A stretch of 64,000 bases of DNA from Balanoglossus misakiensis (lineage: Eukaryota > Animalia > Hemichordata), in contig CM082586.2 in assembly GCA_040954595.2 (NCBI GenBank), positions 7,037,337 to 7,101,336 on the forward strand. Direction: 5' to 3'. A program made the translations under genes and the position numbers. The notes beneath the pieces are model-generated. The model worked only from the letters and a program-made list of their open reading frames with translations. It did no database searches and was not told the DNA's origin. This document shows positions 1 through 12,900 of the stretch, piece by piece. Every line of letters starts with the position of its first letter. Within the stretch, counting starts at the first letter, position 1.

Positions 1-100
1 CACAAATTGCCTGCACACAAATACTGTGAATCCTAATGTTTTTACTCCCTTGCAGTTATATATATCCAACCTATTTAGGACCAACCCCTTCCAGCAAATC

Positions 101-2294
101 ATGACCAAGCACACGTGCCGACACTCTTCGCTAGTTATCCTGACACTATGGCTGAACATGTGCGGTCCAGTCGAGGGTAAAACTCTCGCTGAGAGCTTAT
201 ACTCCCGATATTACAAAGACCATTCGCCTTTAGATTGGAACAGAAATATGCATTCAGGTTTGTTTCGTCATATTGTAGTATTATTATGAATCAATCAATC
301 CATCGATTAATCAATATCTCTCTACCCATGTCCAAGATACTATTAAGAATCTACCCACGGAACAGAAGAAGGTCTCCACGTATATTATGAAACCAAACAG
401 AGATACACAAATAAACAATTACAAAGTATGAGAGAGGGGAGGGAGGGAGGGATAGGGGGAGAGGTAGATCTATCTTGCAAGAGATGTGTACCCCCCCCCC
501 TCTCTCTCTCATTAGATCTACGTTTCACAGACCAAGCTGAAAATTTAGGATCCCAGCAGAGCATTCAAGCTGACGAACCTATCGGTGAATGTGGTGGGAC
601 CTACTTCGACGGTATTGGTGAATTCTATTCGCCTGGTTGGCCAAATCCTTACGCCACAGATTCGTTTTGCGTTTACAAAATTGGCATTGAAGGTTACTCG
701 GACAGGAACATCAAGGTGAGTGCGTCGTCATAGTATGACACTTAAAGGCAGAACTGCCCTATAAATAGGGGTAGTGGTGGATTGTAAATACTGAACGGAA
801 GATCAATCACCATAAACACCTTGATCAAACGTTCATTGCGATTACAATAACCGACCATTTGTATTTTTAAAGCTTCACTTTCCGACATTCAACCTATACG
901 GAGAAGGATGTTACAACGACTTCGTTGACATTTATGGTGGCTCCGATGTGTCCGCCCCGCTGATTGGCCGATACTGCGGCGACTACTTCTCGTCAAACGG
1001 CGTCAACGTGACGTCAGTCGGCAGTTCCCTACTGGTCGTCTTCGCCTCGTCTTCCGTCAATTCTGGCGGCAAGTACCAGGGGTTCCACGCCAGGTTTTGG
1101 ACCGTCTATGACGATTCACTCAGCGGTGCGACAGGTACTATTCTCAATATTTTGGTAGTTTGACTAAAATGGGTAATTGTCGAGGAAATTGTTTCTCCTT
1201 TGACTTTTCCTGGACTGACTTTCATCCATTTCATGAATGAGAAATTAATTAACTATATAGACAAAAAGGTCTAGGAATATTAATTCGTCGACTTCAACAC
1301 TTGGAACAAAGTGGTATATTTGGACAAAGTGCGCGGCGTACTTTCCGAAAGACATCTATCGACCATGATGTACGAATGCATGCGTATGTAAATTCTGTGT
1401 TTTCTCTAAATTTCCATGCCTTTCATTTCAGTCGCCCTCATCGTTGTTGGTTGTCTGCTCGCTCTTGGTATTATTTTGCCGTTGATATATATACTGACAG
1501 TTGGATATTTATTGCCATGCGTGCGGAAGGGCTGCAGAACTGGGTCCGAGGACGAAGAGACGAACGCGTCCGCCAACTTCGAGCAAACTATCGTCAACAA
1601 TGACGGGTACATCGATTGTCATTACTTTAGTAATTCCAAATGGAAAAGTGAAACCTTTAACGTCTCGGATCTTGACAATTCAGATTTAACTCACGCTGGA
1701 TATAATCACATGGTTATTCGACGACCCGTGTGTTTTATGGCCTTCTGTGGTGGAGTCAAGTTTTCGTTTTGATTAAACAGTGAACACGTCATCTTCGTTG
1801 ATTGTTACTGACGACGACGAATGTACACCCTGTCTGCTACATGTATTTTCCTTCTCCTTGAATTTCATATGCCTACATGTATCTTGAAAACGAGCTTTTC
1901 TCGTATGACTTACCATACTTCGGTATAAAATCATAACTTTCTAAAGCATGCCAGTTCAACGCAGCTGCTTTCCTGTTTTCTTCATTGCAGGCAATACGAT
2001 GGATTTGAAGCGCCGGACTTTCCACCAGCGTATTCGTCAATTGCCGTTGACGGTGCCCCTACTAATAATTCGGCCTCATCTGTACCACCTGTTGACAACA
2101 CAGCGCCAGCAGGGGGCGACACGGGGAGTGCCCCAGTCCACTCATCAACAGCGCCATCAGGAGGCGAAAATCAAAATACCGCGCTTGGTGATTATCATAA
2201 TGCCGCTTACGACGACGACAGTGATCGACAAAACGCGCCGTCGCTACCGTCCTACGAAGAAGTACTAAAGCTCGAAGCAGAAGAAAAGAGATGA
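101..2294 (+). CDS. Single-CUB-domain type I membrane protein with cytoplasmic PY motifs; exons approx. 101-176, 531-715, 873-1134, 1432-1606, 1991-2294
   Basis: Signal-peptide-like exon (SSLVILTLWLNMCGPVE). CUB motifs CGG..GEFYSPGWPNPY..C..FNL..C..DFVDIY..GRYCG..GFHARF. TM segment VALIVVGCLLALGIILPLIYILTVGYLL. Tail contains PPAY and LPSY. GT-AG junctions are phase-compatible. Confidence 0.85.
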
Positions 2295-2628
2295 AGAGGT
2301 TAGGCATGTTCCGAAAAGTACACCGACTTTCAGAACCCTTAAGCCAAACCCAGGATTATCTCATAAGAGAAATAAATTATTACTTTTAAATTAAAACATT
2401 TTATAAAGATTAAAGCTATGTGTAAACTAAAGTTATAAGGCATTATTTAGATTTCACATGGTGTATCATTGCCAAAACTACTTTTCTGAACAACAAAGCA
2501 AACCCCCCTCCAAAAAAACAGCCATTGATCTTCTTCAAATACCGTGTAGAATTTAGTATGTGAAGCTACTGATTGTACTGGATGTTTCGACAGTGTAGCT
2601 GTACTTGACATCATAGGCAGATACATGT

Positions 2629-4418
2629 CTAACACAAACCAGCTTGGTTACTTCCCATCTTTTTCTTCAATCGTAGATACTGAAAGTAAAAGACACAAAA
2701 AATTCATCAGTTTACTATTCCCACAGTACTTTGCGCAGTCAATAGCTATTATGTACACCACCGTCTTATCTCCTAAAATTCTACAGGTCAGTCCCTATGA
2801 ATATCATACCATGGTAGAGTGGTATGTACTTACATTTTTTCTGCTTGAAATGGCCTGCTGAACCCACAGAAGTTCCATAGCCACATTACTTCGTAGTTTT
2901 TGTAACTCGCCCACATCATTGGGGTATACTATAGAATCTAACAGAATAAAGAAATAGACAAATGACATGAATGACTTCATTTATACGGAACATTACATGT
3001 GTATCTATGCTAAATATTCCCATATTCCTTATTTTTTTGCATTCAAACAAGTTACTTCTCCTGTTTCATTGATTACGAGCCATTATTCTGTCAACATTTA
3101 CCTGTTCCAACAAACGATTTCTCTGTCCCCCAAAACGAAGTCATATCAGCATCTCTGGTGACCTCCAGGGTCGTGTCAAAGTGTTTGCTTCTGTCTACAT
3201 CTCTTGTTCTTCTATCGGAAGTTTCTGTGTCAGCCTTTTCCACATCAGTATTTTCACTCTCGGCATTTCTGTCACTCTCTGCATCACCAAAAGACTCTCT
3301 GCTTCTACGGTCATCGCTTGCAGTAACATTTTCCTTCTCTTCATCACTATTTTCTTCGATGTCCTTCGCATCCGAAGTCGTAGGGTTTTCACTGTCACTG
3401 TCAACATTGATCTTTACAACGTCTGAGATTTCACCTCTGGGGACAAGTTCTTTCACGACATGACGTTGGACAGCGTTGTTCAGAAAAGGACTTTTGTTTT
3501 CTTTGTTGTTTTCATCTTCGTCTTGAATGCCTTCTTGATGTAAACCTTCCACATGGGGTGAATCGTTCAATGTCGGACTGTCTTTGATATCAGCAAGGGC
3601 TTTCCTACTCTTTGGGGTTTTCTCAAGGAAATCAACCTGAGGATTCCCTAAAGTATGATGGTCCAGATTCTCGTCATAAATGACACCATTCGGTTTCTTA
3701 CTTTCATCCATTCCATGCTGCGTTTCATCATAAATGAAATTCTTCGCATCATTATCATTTGCATCATTAAGTCCATCACTGTTTCTTGCGCAACTTTTTA
3801 CACTCTCATTTAGATGTGGGTGTTCTATCTTTTTCTGTGTGATGACACGCTTTCCGATTGAAACTCTGGGTTTACACATTAAACATGATTTCCACTCCAC
3901 CGTAACACCTTGTTCCCCATTATCCACTTCCTGGACAACTTCCTCATAAGCAGCTCGTATGTCTCGAAAATACTTTCGCACGAGAGCCCCTCTCCATATA
4001 GCCTACAATAACAATTACCATACATGTACTATGGGATACATGAATCTCATATATCTAACAGTTACATTAATTTATTATAAGTGCTATCATAGTAACAATA
4101 TGCGATAATATGAACAAAGACCTACGTTCCTTCGTGTAATGCAATGTATTTTTTGTATGAAACCACCTCCAGCAGCATCTCAACTGTAACTTTGACAGGT
4201 CCGAACAAGCAAATCAGTTTCGTTCGATAACATGATAAACTGCCCAAGCGTTTCTAAAAGTCTGGCACAACCAGATACGGTGAAGAGCAACAAAACTGCC
4301 CAGTACTACTTATTAGAGCCTTAACTTATCTTGAAAAGAGTATACGTTGCATTATTACCTGTGCCCGAATAATTTTCTGCTCGTCCACCATCCCTAAGAT
4401 GTTTAGTTCGGCCGCCAT
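2629..4418 (-). CDS. IQCC: IQ domain-containing protein C-like; exons 4418-4359, 4002-3102, 2937-2834, 2679-2629
   Basis: N-terminal IQ motif IIRAQ|AIWRGALVRKYFRDIRAAYEEVVQEVD, a long acidic low-complexity middle, and the C-terminal ELQKLRSNVAMELLWVQQAISSRKN|YL motif typical of IQCC. Confidence 0.85.
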
Positions 4419-4493
4419 TTTAGGTCAACTGAATGCTGGCAGCCGATTGGTCAAAACCTTGTCACGTCCCAGCATGCTGTTTGGCATAACAAG
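4419..4493. promoter_or_regulatory. Very compact bidirectional promoter region shared by IQCC and archease
   Basis: Only 75 bp separate the two divergent ATGs. A CCAAT box (ATTGG, 4446-4450) and a GTCACGT motif lie in the gap. Confidence 0.55.
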
Positions 4494-6811
4494 ATGGCCG
4501 CGCCCAGGGTAAAGAAGACGGCCGAAGGACATTCCGAACGCGATCAGGACGAGAACGTCAAAACTTTCGGCGATTACTCGGGTATGGCAGACGGGGAAGT
4601 CCTTGCTGGCTACGAGTGTAAGTATCAACGGTCTACGTGATCGGAAAACCAACCGAACCGTATTTGTCGTGCATACATACGTGACAGATACAGATTGCAC
4701 AACACGACGCGTGCCATACACACTGTGACAGATGTTCATTGCAATACATGTATCGTAGCAATCAACATGAGAACCTGTACACTTGCAAAATAAATTCGTG
4801 AAATTAAGTGCATGTTCGGATGGTATCAGGACAGATTAACCCCCAGACATCCCCTCGATGGGACTATGGTTACCCTTGTAACCATGGCCACTAACAAACA
4901 CCTTTACTTTTTTCCTCCCCAGATCTGGATCATACTGCAGATGTTCAGTAAGTACATGTACTTCAGGATTTGTTTTACATGTATAGTAAATCATGTGTGT
5001 CAAAGTTTGGTGTTTACATGTACCTCTGCATACATGTAATCACTAATCAAATGAGATTGTGAGTGTTGTTTACTATGTATTGTATTCTGACTTTCTGTAT
5101 TGAAAATCACTAAACTTCATATTCTTCTATTTTTCAGACTTCACTCATGTATCCTTCCCTGAAAAAAGTGAAATAGAGTTATTTAATGTAAAGGCTAATT
5201 GAATACATGTTTCAAGTTGGTTTATCCTGATTGTCTCGACTGGTTACAGAGATGTGCACATTTCAAAAAATCGCTTGCAGTGTCACATATACATGTAGTA
5301 AACATATCAGATGATATGCTAGCAGTTGTTTGCCTTTCCAGAATCCTAGTACATGTACATGTATTCCCTTAACCATGTTTTTTTCAATCAGACGGTAGAA
5401 CACTGGAAGAATCATTTGAGATGGTGAGTCTACATGACTGTGAAAAGTTCAAGAATATTTCATTCATTTTGATACGTGTACTTGCATACTTTTCCAAGTC
5501 CTGCATGGCATTAAAATGATTCTGAAACTGAATTCACTGAAACATAAATCTTTTAAATAAAGTAATGATTCTGCATTTCAGGTAGTACAGGCTATGTTTG
5601 GTTACATGACAGACTTGAACACTGTGGAGAAAAAAGAAACGCAAACCATAGAAGCAGAAGGTAGGTGTGTGATCATCCGTCTTGGGTTTTGTAGTTTAAC
5701 TGAAGTCCATCAGAAGGCCGCCAGCACTGGTGGCAGTCATAGAACCGGGGTCTGGAGACTTATGCCCTGATAGCAAAACCAATATTTGTTTTTTCAGGTC
5801 ATGACCTCCTGTCTCTGCTCTTCCATCTATTGGACGAATTCCTGTTTGTCTTCTCAGCAGAACCGTATTTCATAGCAAAGGTAAATGCCATATGTTATAT
5901 CTGATAAAAGTGTGTGTATTACTGCTTTGACGCATCTTATAACATGTCAGCTGCAGCTGGACTTGTATGTTGAAATTGATAATGAAGATGATTCATTTTT
6001 CTTCGATTTCAGGAAATCAAAATCCTTGAATTTGACAGAGAAAATTTCACTATAATTGCAGAGGGGTGAGTCATAATTACTTGTCACGGGAAGGATACTA
6101 AATACTGAGCCATTTGTAGACATGGGGGACAGTTGGATGATCCTTTCAACAGAAATGGCTCGTAGTCTGTGTGCTATTGATTACTGTACAAAGGTGACAG
6201 CTTATTGCTGACACAGTGACACTTCGTGAACTCTGTTTTAAGATGAACCTACAAATACAATCTGCAGTACCACAGAACGGTCAGCATCCTTCCATTGTTT
6301 GCAATCAGAAATTTAGCCCAATAAGTGCCTAATTGATTGTCTTGTGTTTCTTTACAGGTATGGGGAAACATTTGATCTTAATAAACATCCTCAGGTTAGT
6401 CCTAATTTGATGTTTAACTTTGTTTTCACATTCCCAATTTTGCATTGTACATGGCGTCCCAACATGGCTGACATTCGTGTGCATGTACCCATTCTACTCA
6501 ATGTAGTCTCGAATCTCGACTTGTGTTTTTCGACATGCTCCACACACATGAAAAAAATGTCTAGATTCTAGACTATACTCAATGGTACGTGACAAGCTTT
6601 GCATGGCTTGCTCATCCAGTAGGCTGTAAATGGCGCCCTCATACATACATGGCCAAAAAAGCTACAAATATCAATATACATGTACAATACAGTACTTACA
6701 TTATATTTTGTCATTTCACAGGGAACTGAAGTCAAAGCCATTACCTATTCCAACATGCAGGTTCACCACGAACTCCCGACTAACGACTGCTATGTTATCA
6801 TCGACATCTAA
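4494..6811 (+). CDS. ZBTB8OS: Archease (RtcB tRNA ligase cofactor); exons 4494-4617, 4923-4947, 5138-5148, 5392-5423, 5582-5660, 5798-5880, 6013-6065, 6358-6394, 6722-6811
   Basis: The spliced product contains YEYLDHTADVQLHS, AMFGYMTD, DLLSLLFHLLDEFL and HPQGTEVKAITYSNMQV..VIIDI*, all archease hallmarks. All intron phases are consistent. Confidence 0.95.
5149..5391 (+). other. U12-type (minor spliceosome) GT-AG intron in archease
   Basis: 5' splice site GTATCCTT at 5149. Branch site TCCCTTAAC at 5365-5373, about 18 nt before the AG at 5390-5391. Confidence 0.85.
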
Positions 6812-9561
6812 AGATTGTAGAAATACATTCAGAGCGAAAAATGCCAGAGGATAATCATGAAAAATCTGCAGTTTTTTAATTGGTGAATTTTGAGATGTAT
6901 GCATCGCCCCTCACACTCTGGTATTTTCACCGCGATGTTGTTTTTAGCTCGATACTTCGGCTGCTCAGAAAGTAGGCATGTTAGGGAAAGCACTGCAGCA
7001 GTGTATGCAAACGTAACATTGGTTGACCCACCTTTCCGGACACTAAACAGATTGAAATGAAACTAAAGATTCAACATGTACACAGCAGAAAAAAAATTCA
7101 ACTTGGGATAAAAACACTTCCTGCTTCTCAATATCATGTACTGACAATGTTCTTTCGAAATGTTTATCATGTAAATCGCTTTGCGTTGAGATACAACTAG
7201 AGACTTATTATGCAACTATAGTGTAATGAAATTTAAAATATTTTAAGTTCCGTGCGTTACTTTATCATGTTGTACAGAAAATAAATTATGTTGTTTTTAG
7301 CAAATCTCTGGCTTTACAGAGATTATTGCAACCCTTAATATGAAACTTTACACGCACATCAAATGTCTTAATTTTATATTAAATAAGAATAAACAAATTC
7401 AGTCTGAATAAAAATCACAGGTGTGTTAGTACAGTAGTCTGTTTGCTTTTATTTCCAAAGGTGCTGCTCATTTCTAGAGCTGATTTTTATCAGATTAGTG
7501 TTGTGTTTGAGGCCAAAGCTGCCTAGAATGCAAATACCCCTTTTTCAATTTATGTGTTTGCGATCAAAAAAGTAAACAATCCAAAAAACAAACAATGAAT
7601 CGGCAATTCCTACACACCAGATCATAGCATGCCACTACACTAGCTAATAAGATCAACCACATTGGTGATTTTTTTTATTTCAGAAAATATTGAAATAATT
7701 TAATATTCAGCCATATGAATATATACAACCTCTCAAATTCTATACCAGACACTAAGCCAGATTAGAAAAAAATATTCATAATGTTGTACTAGTAGTCCAC
7801 TGAAAGTGTTGAAAACTGCACTACTGTAAAATTCACCTAAAATAGGTGGAATTGATCAATTCACCAAGGTTCTTATGAACGCAGTGCCAACATTCAAAAA
7901 CTAATATACAGTTAGGTTTATAATTGTGCGGTTGGGGTACTGAATTTTCTTAATTCTGTTAGGATGGCACCTTATAGATCCATACATACGATCGATGGCA
8001 ATATTAAACAGCACAATTTTGCCACGTACATACATTTGCAAGTTTTTTTTTGTAATTGATGGAGCAAAAGAAATGTAAATAAAGATTCAACCTCTAACAA
8101 GCCTCTGAGTTTGCCTATTTCTCTCTTAAATCAACTGACCAAAAATAGTATCTGCATTTCACGTGACCGAAATATTTCCTGAACTAATATGAGTCAATAA
8201 TGGTCAGTGGTAGTATAAACCATGCACACATTACAACTGCTCGCCAAATAAATGTTGCGTTTTACACCCCCATCAAAGTAGAAAGCATGCCTGAGAATTA
8301 TTTAATAGAAATGAAATGCTTGAAAACATTGTGCAGAGCAACATAAAAATCCATAATAATATCATTAAAAAAAGTTTGGACACCATTTTGAATTTCAATA
8401 TGTTGGTAAACCTACAGAAAATATTCACTTTTCTTACTGTCCTTGCTGAGGATAGCAAGCTATAATTTATTTCCATGATTACAAAATAAAGCACTTAATA
8501 TATTAACACTCCCTTCGGTAGAAAAAAGGAATATTTTCAACACACACATACACACACAGGCAGGCAAGGGATAGCAAAAGCTTTCATTATCGTATATAGA
8601 GTAAATTAAGCAAGTTGGAACTAATAATTCCAAACACCTAATTTCCTTGCATGCATCAAAATTGTCCTCTCCAGCAAGACTTAATTCTGACACCATAACT
8701 TGTGGTTTATGGCACAGTTATGGTGATGTGAAATGTTTATCTGATTCTCTATTGTCTATTCACACACTACAGTCAGCTGCATGGATTGAAATTTTGGACA
8801 TACGTACACAAATCATGCATGTGGTGAGCCAAGTGGGTAAGAATTACCCAGAACCAGAAACAATTATCAATCATTGCACTTTGCAGAAAATGTAAATAAG
8901 CATAAAATAAATAATTAAATGCTAAAGTTAGCTTTTGTGCGGAAGACAACGTTCACTTTGTACTAAATGACAAAGATTTTGAAAGTTTATAAATTCTCAG
9001 CTGCCAATCGCCCGACTTGGAGAACACAACAGCTCAAAGCCCACAGTAGTTGCCCCTTACAGCAATTCCAATATTTACAAGTATAAATACTCTAAAATAC
9101 ACAATATTATTTAGAAGTGATCAATCAGTCAACATTAGACATTTTGGCCTGATGCAATTTTATCTAGCATTTACCAGTATAAAAGACTATTTTCAAACTG
9201 CAGTTTACACAAACCTGTTTTGGGGTATGTTATGATCACAGATATTAACACACACGTTACTTTCATTCAATTTCTGCAAAACATACACATGATTCAGGCT
9301 CATGATAGACTTACCAGTACGCTGACAGCAATGGATCATGCACATGATGCTTCTATAGTATTTTCATATCTAGTTCAGCCACACACTTCTCAAACACACG
9401 TACATGTACATGTAAGCAGAAAGCAGAGACACTCAGTCAGCAGTAAACTTTGCCAAAATGCGAAAAAATACCAAAATAATATGAAATGACACAGTGAGTG
9501 ACCTTGGATGTGAACACAAAATTTGAAAGCCCAGAAGTCATGGAACTTTCCTGTTTGTCTG

Positions 9562-9726
9562 TTACAGAGAACCACTTTCTCTCTCTGTTGCTTTCTCTTG
9601 TGGTAGTGACCGACCCTCCTCCTCTGGTAGTGGGAAACTTTCATACTCTCTAGATTGCCTTCGCATCCACCAAAAGACGTAAATTAAATTGCCTCCAATC
9701 AAGAGGATAAAGACAATGCTCCACTG

Positions 9727-9775
<49 letters not shown>

Positions 9776-9844
9776 GAGAGAGATATAGATAGAGAGAGAA
9801 AGAGAGAGAGAGAGAGAGATAGATAGATAGATAGAGAGAGAGAT

Positions 9845-9930
<86 letters not shown>

Positions 9931-12900
9931 GGGTATATTCATATGTGATGTATGTCCTGCATAAATGTGCAATTGTTGAAAATGTCATTCTCATCAATGC
10001 ATCTTACAGAAAGCCCTAGCAACAACAAGAAAATTTAACCTTGCAAAACAGCATCACGTTGCTACACACTCTTGAGTTGCAGTATCGAAGTGAGTACAAC
10101 ATTAACATGATAAAATTCCAGGTAACTTTCCCATTATTTCGTTACCGATTGCTTTCACTTTTTCTCGGTGAAACTTGTATCATGCCATTCCAGCTTCCAT
10201 TCAAAACCTAGCCAGCAAAAGACTGAAGCACATAATTCTGCCATTTTGTTTCTACCATGCATGATACTGTGTAGGTACAAGTACTGAGTGCTCTAGCATA
10301 TTTGCCTTACCTGTACAAAAAGATTCATGAGCGTAGTAGGTCCCATTGTGTACCAATCATCTGTGGTGACTATTTCATCAATGAAGAACCACGCGAGTAA
10401 CACGATCGCTTCAATGGGGGCTATAATTCTGGAGAAAAAAAGACAGAAAAACACACAGTCGATGATACAGTGACTTTTGAATGTTATAGAAGATGCTCTG
10501 TATTTTAGAGATGGCCTCATTTTTGTAAGAGCTCAAAGTTCAGCAAATGCACAGTAAAATTCTTTCAAAATTCTTACACACAAATTACATGTACAAATGT
10601 GAAGAAACACTTCCACACGTACTTCACCAACCACTCCCACGGTTTGTAAAGATGCCAATCATTTGTGCCGTACTCATTGATGACTTCTGTGCGGTATTTC
10701 CTAGTTCCAAATTTTACCACCAGATACTGTAATAGCAGCCCTGATATGATTAATCCATATGCCCAAATATAATCCTGTGTTAAATAAAAAATATTCAAAA
10801 AATATCATGATTAACTACACATACAGTATGTATGTATGTATGTATGTATGTATGTATGTATGTATGTATGTATGTATGTATGTATGTATGTATGTATGTA
10901 TGTATGTATGTATGTATGTATGTATGTATGTATGTATGTATGCATGTATGTATGTATGTTCCTTAAATATAACAAAATACATGTACCAATTTAGTGATTT
11001 GAAAAAATGAGATATTTTCAGATTTAAAAATATTCAAGTCCACCAATAAAATCTGGATATTAAAAAATCATACTACCATAAGATATTTTCTTGACACTTA
11101 CCATGCTGACTAAGAACTCCACACTTGTAGAGGCACCAAAGTTGATGATGAAGACGACTAAGGCACTGACCACCACGGCTACTTTCCTTCCGACTGAACA
11201 AAAGACCAATAGGTTGAGAAGTCAGTTAACACAGCGAGAAGAGAGAAAGGATAACGTGACATCAAGCAGATTTACTGACCATCGAGGTAACATCATCCCA
11301 AATTTCTTGAGACTGAAAGCAGAGATGGTTTACGTCCATGGGGTGGGAACTCATATGACCAACCTCATTAAAGGTATACAGTCACCTCCAATTTATATAC
11401 ACCCTTAAATGGCTGAAATGGCATATTTGAGCGTTCTAAAGAACAAATGATGGCGCTCTTTTTTTCGTGTGTGCCACCCACTGAAAATATGTAATTGGCT
11501 AGATCTCAATTTGCCATGGTAACTATAGCTAATTTTCCATACGTGACCATATACATGTACCTTTAATTTGTGACCTTGCAATGGTCCCTAACACTCATGT
11601 TAAATTAATCAAAATTTGACGAACTGGCTAAATATAGTAACATTAAACTTGCTACCGTATGTGTACACATTCACACATACCTCCAAAGTCTTCCAGAGTT
11701 TTTGCATAGAGTTCCAGGTGAGCTATGAGCGAGCTGATCCCGGCAAAGGCTGTGGCCAGGAAGAATCCCATGGCCAAGTATTTCCCTGTGGCGCCCACTG
11801 TCGAGTATAACAAGGGAACCCTGCAGGAAAGCATGGGGGAATTACTGTAAAACACTTCGTGAGTTGAAATTTTCGTGATATCGAGAGAGGCCACTGTTTC
11901 GCAAGTATTAACTTTCTCTAATTTCATTCACTGCATCGTTTTCTTCAAAAAAAATTACGCAACTTATTTTCATGCTATTTTAGCTCTGGCGTATTTGGCG
12001 AAAATTTATTGCTCGCGAAAATAAAGTGTTTTACAGTATACATGTTGTGCTTTATCACCTGTCATTTTGCAAGGTTGTGAACCACTGAGCAGATACGGTA
12101 AAAGCTAGCACAAAGCTAGCAAAGTATTTATAAGCACATTTCTGGCGCAATCATACCACGTACTTAGCATCTCTGCTTCAGCAAGTCTTTCATGAAAGTT
12201 TTAGCTTGGAGCAACATATGGACGCTGTGAATACATGCAAGTGTGGCATTGTTCTAGTCTGTCCATACCCTCCCTCCCTCCCCTTCCCCCCTCCCAATCA
12301 CTCACCAAACAAAAGTCAATCCAGTATTACCAGGTCCATTATCTTTCAGAATCTTTAAAATCTCTGATGTATTTTTACCATTGGGGATTTCAATAGCAAA
12401 GACTGATGCATATGTTGTCATACCATTAAGCAAACTACGACAAAAAACAAACAAAACATCACCAGACTTGACATGTCAAAAAGCACTTTAACTCTTTTGA
12501 TAGACAAAAGCTAAATCCTGAACACTCTAAATTTACTGTCTATTGGACAATTTATTCCAGGACTGTTATCTATTCTGGTAACAGATGTTCTGGTATATAT
12601 CAGTTAAGGCTTTCGTAGACTGAAACATTCAGTTTTGTGTGGACAATCCATCACCGGTGACCCTCAGTGCTAAGAGTCAAAAGGTGACAGTGGGAAAACA
12701 AATGAATTGATCCTTCATTTGACAGTTTTCTCAAAGTGAGAGAATAATTATTGAAACAGTCAACTCACCTGACCATGTTGTTTCCGGACGGAATGCCGAA
12801 TGATAACTTCACGACCCCGTTCTCTCGGGTCATGTGATTAGCGTAGGAGAGAAACTCGCCATGGCCAGCTCCAGTGTCCCACGCATTCTGGCTGATGGCG

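Noticed and set aside
9562-9997. ORFs with SLSLSL runs
   Set aside because: These are translations of the (GA)n microsatellite. Only the final ~54 codons are the real last SLC6 exon.
10759-11010. ORF with MYVC repeats
   Set aside because: It is the (TATG)n microsatellite.
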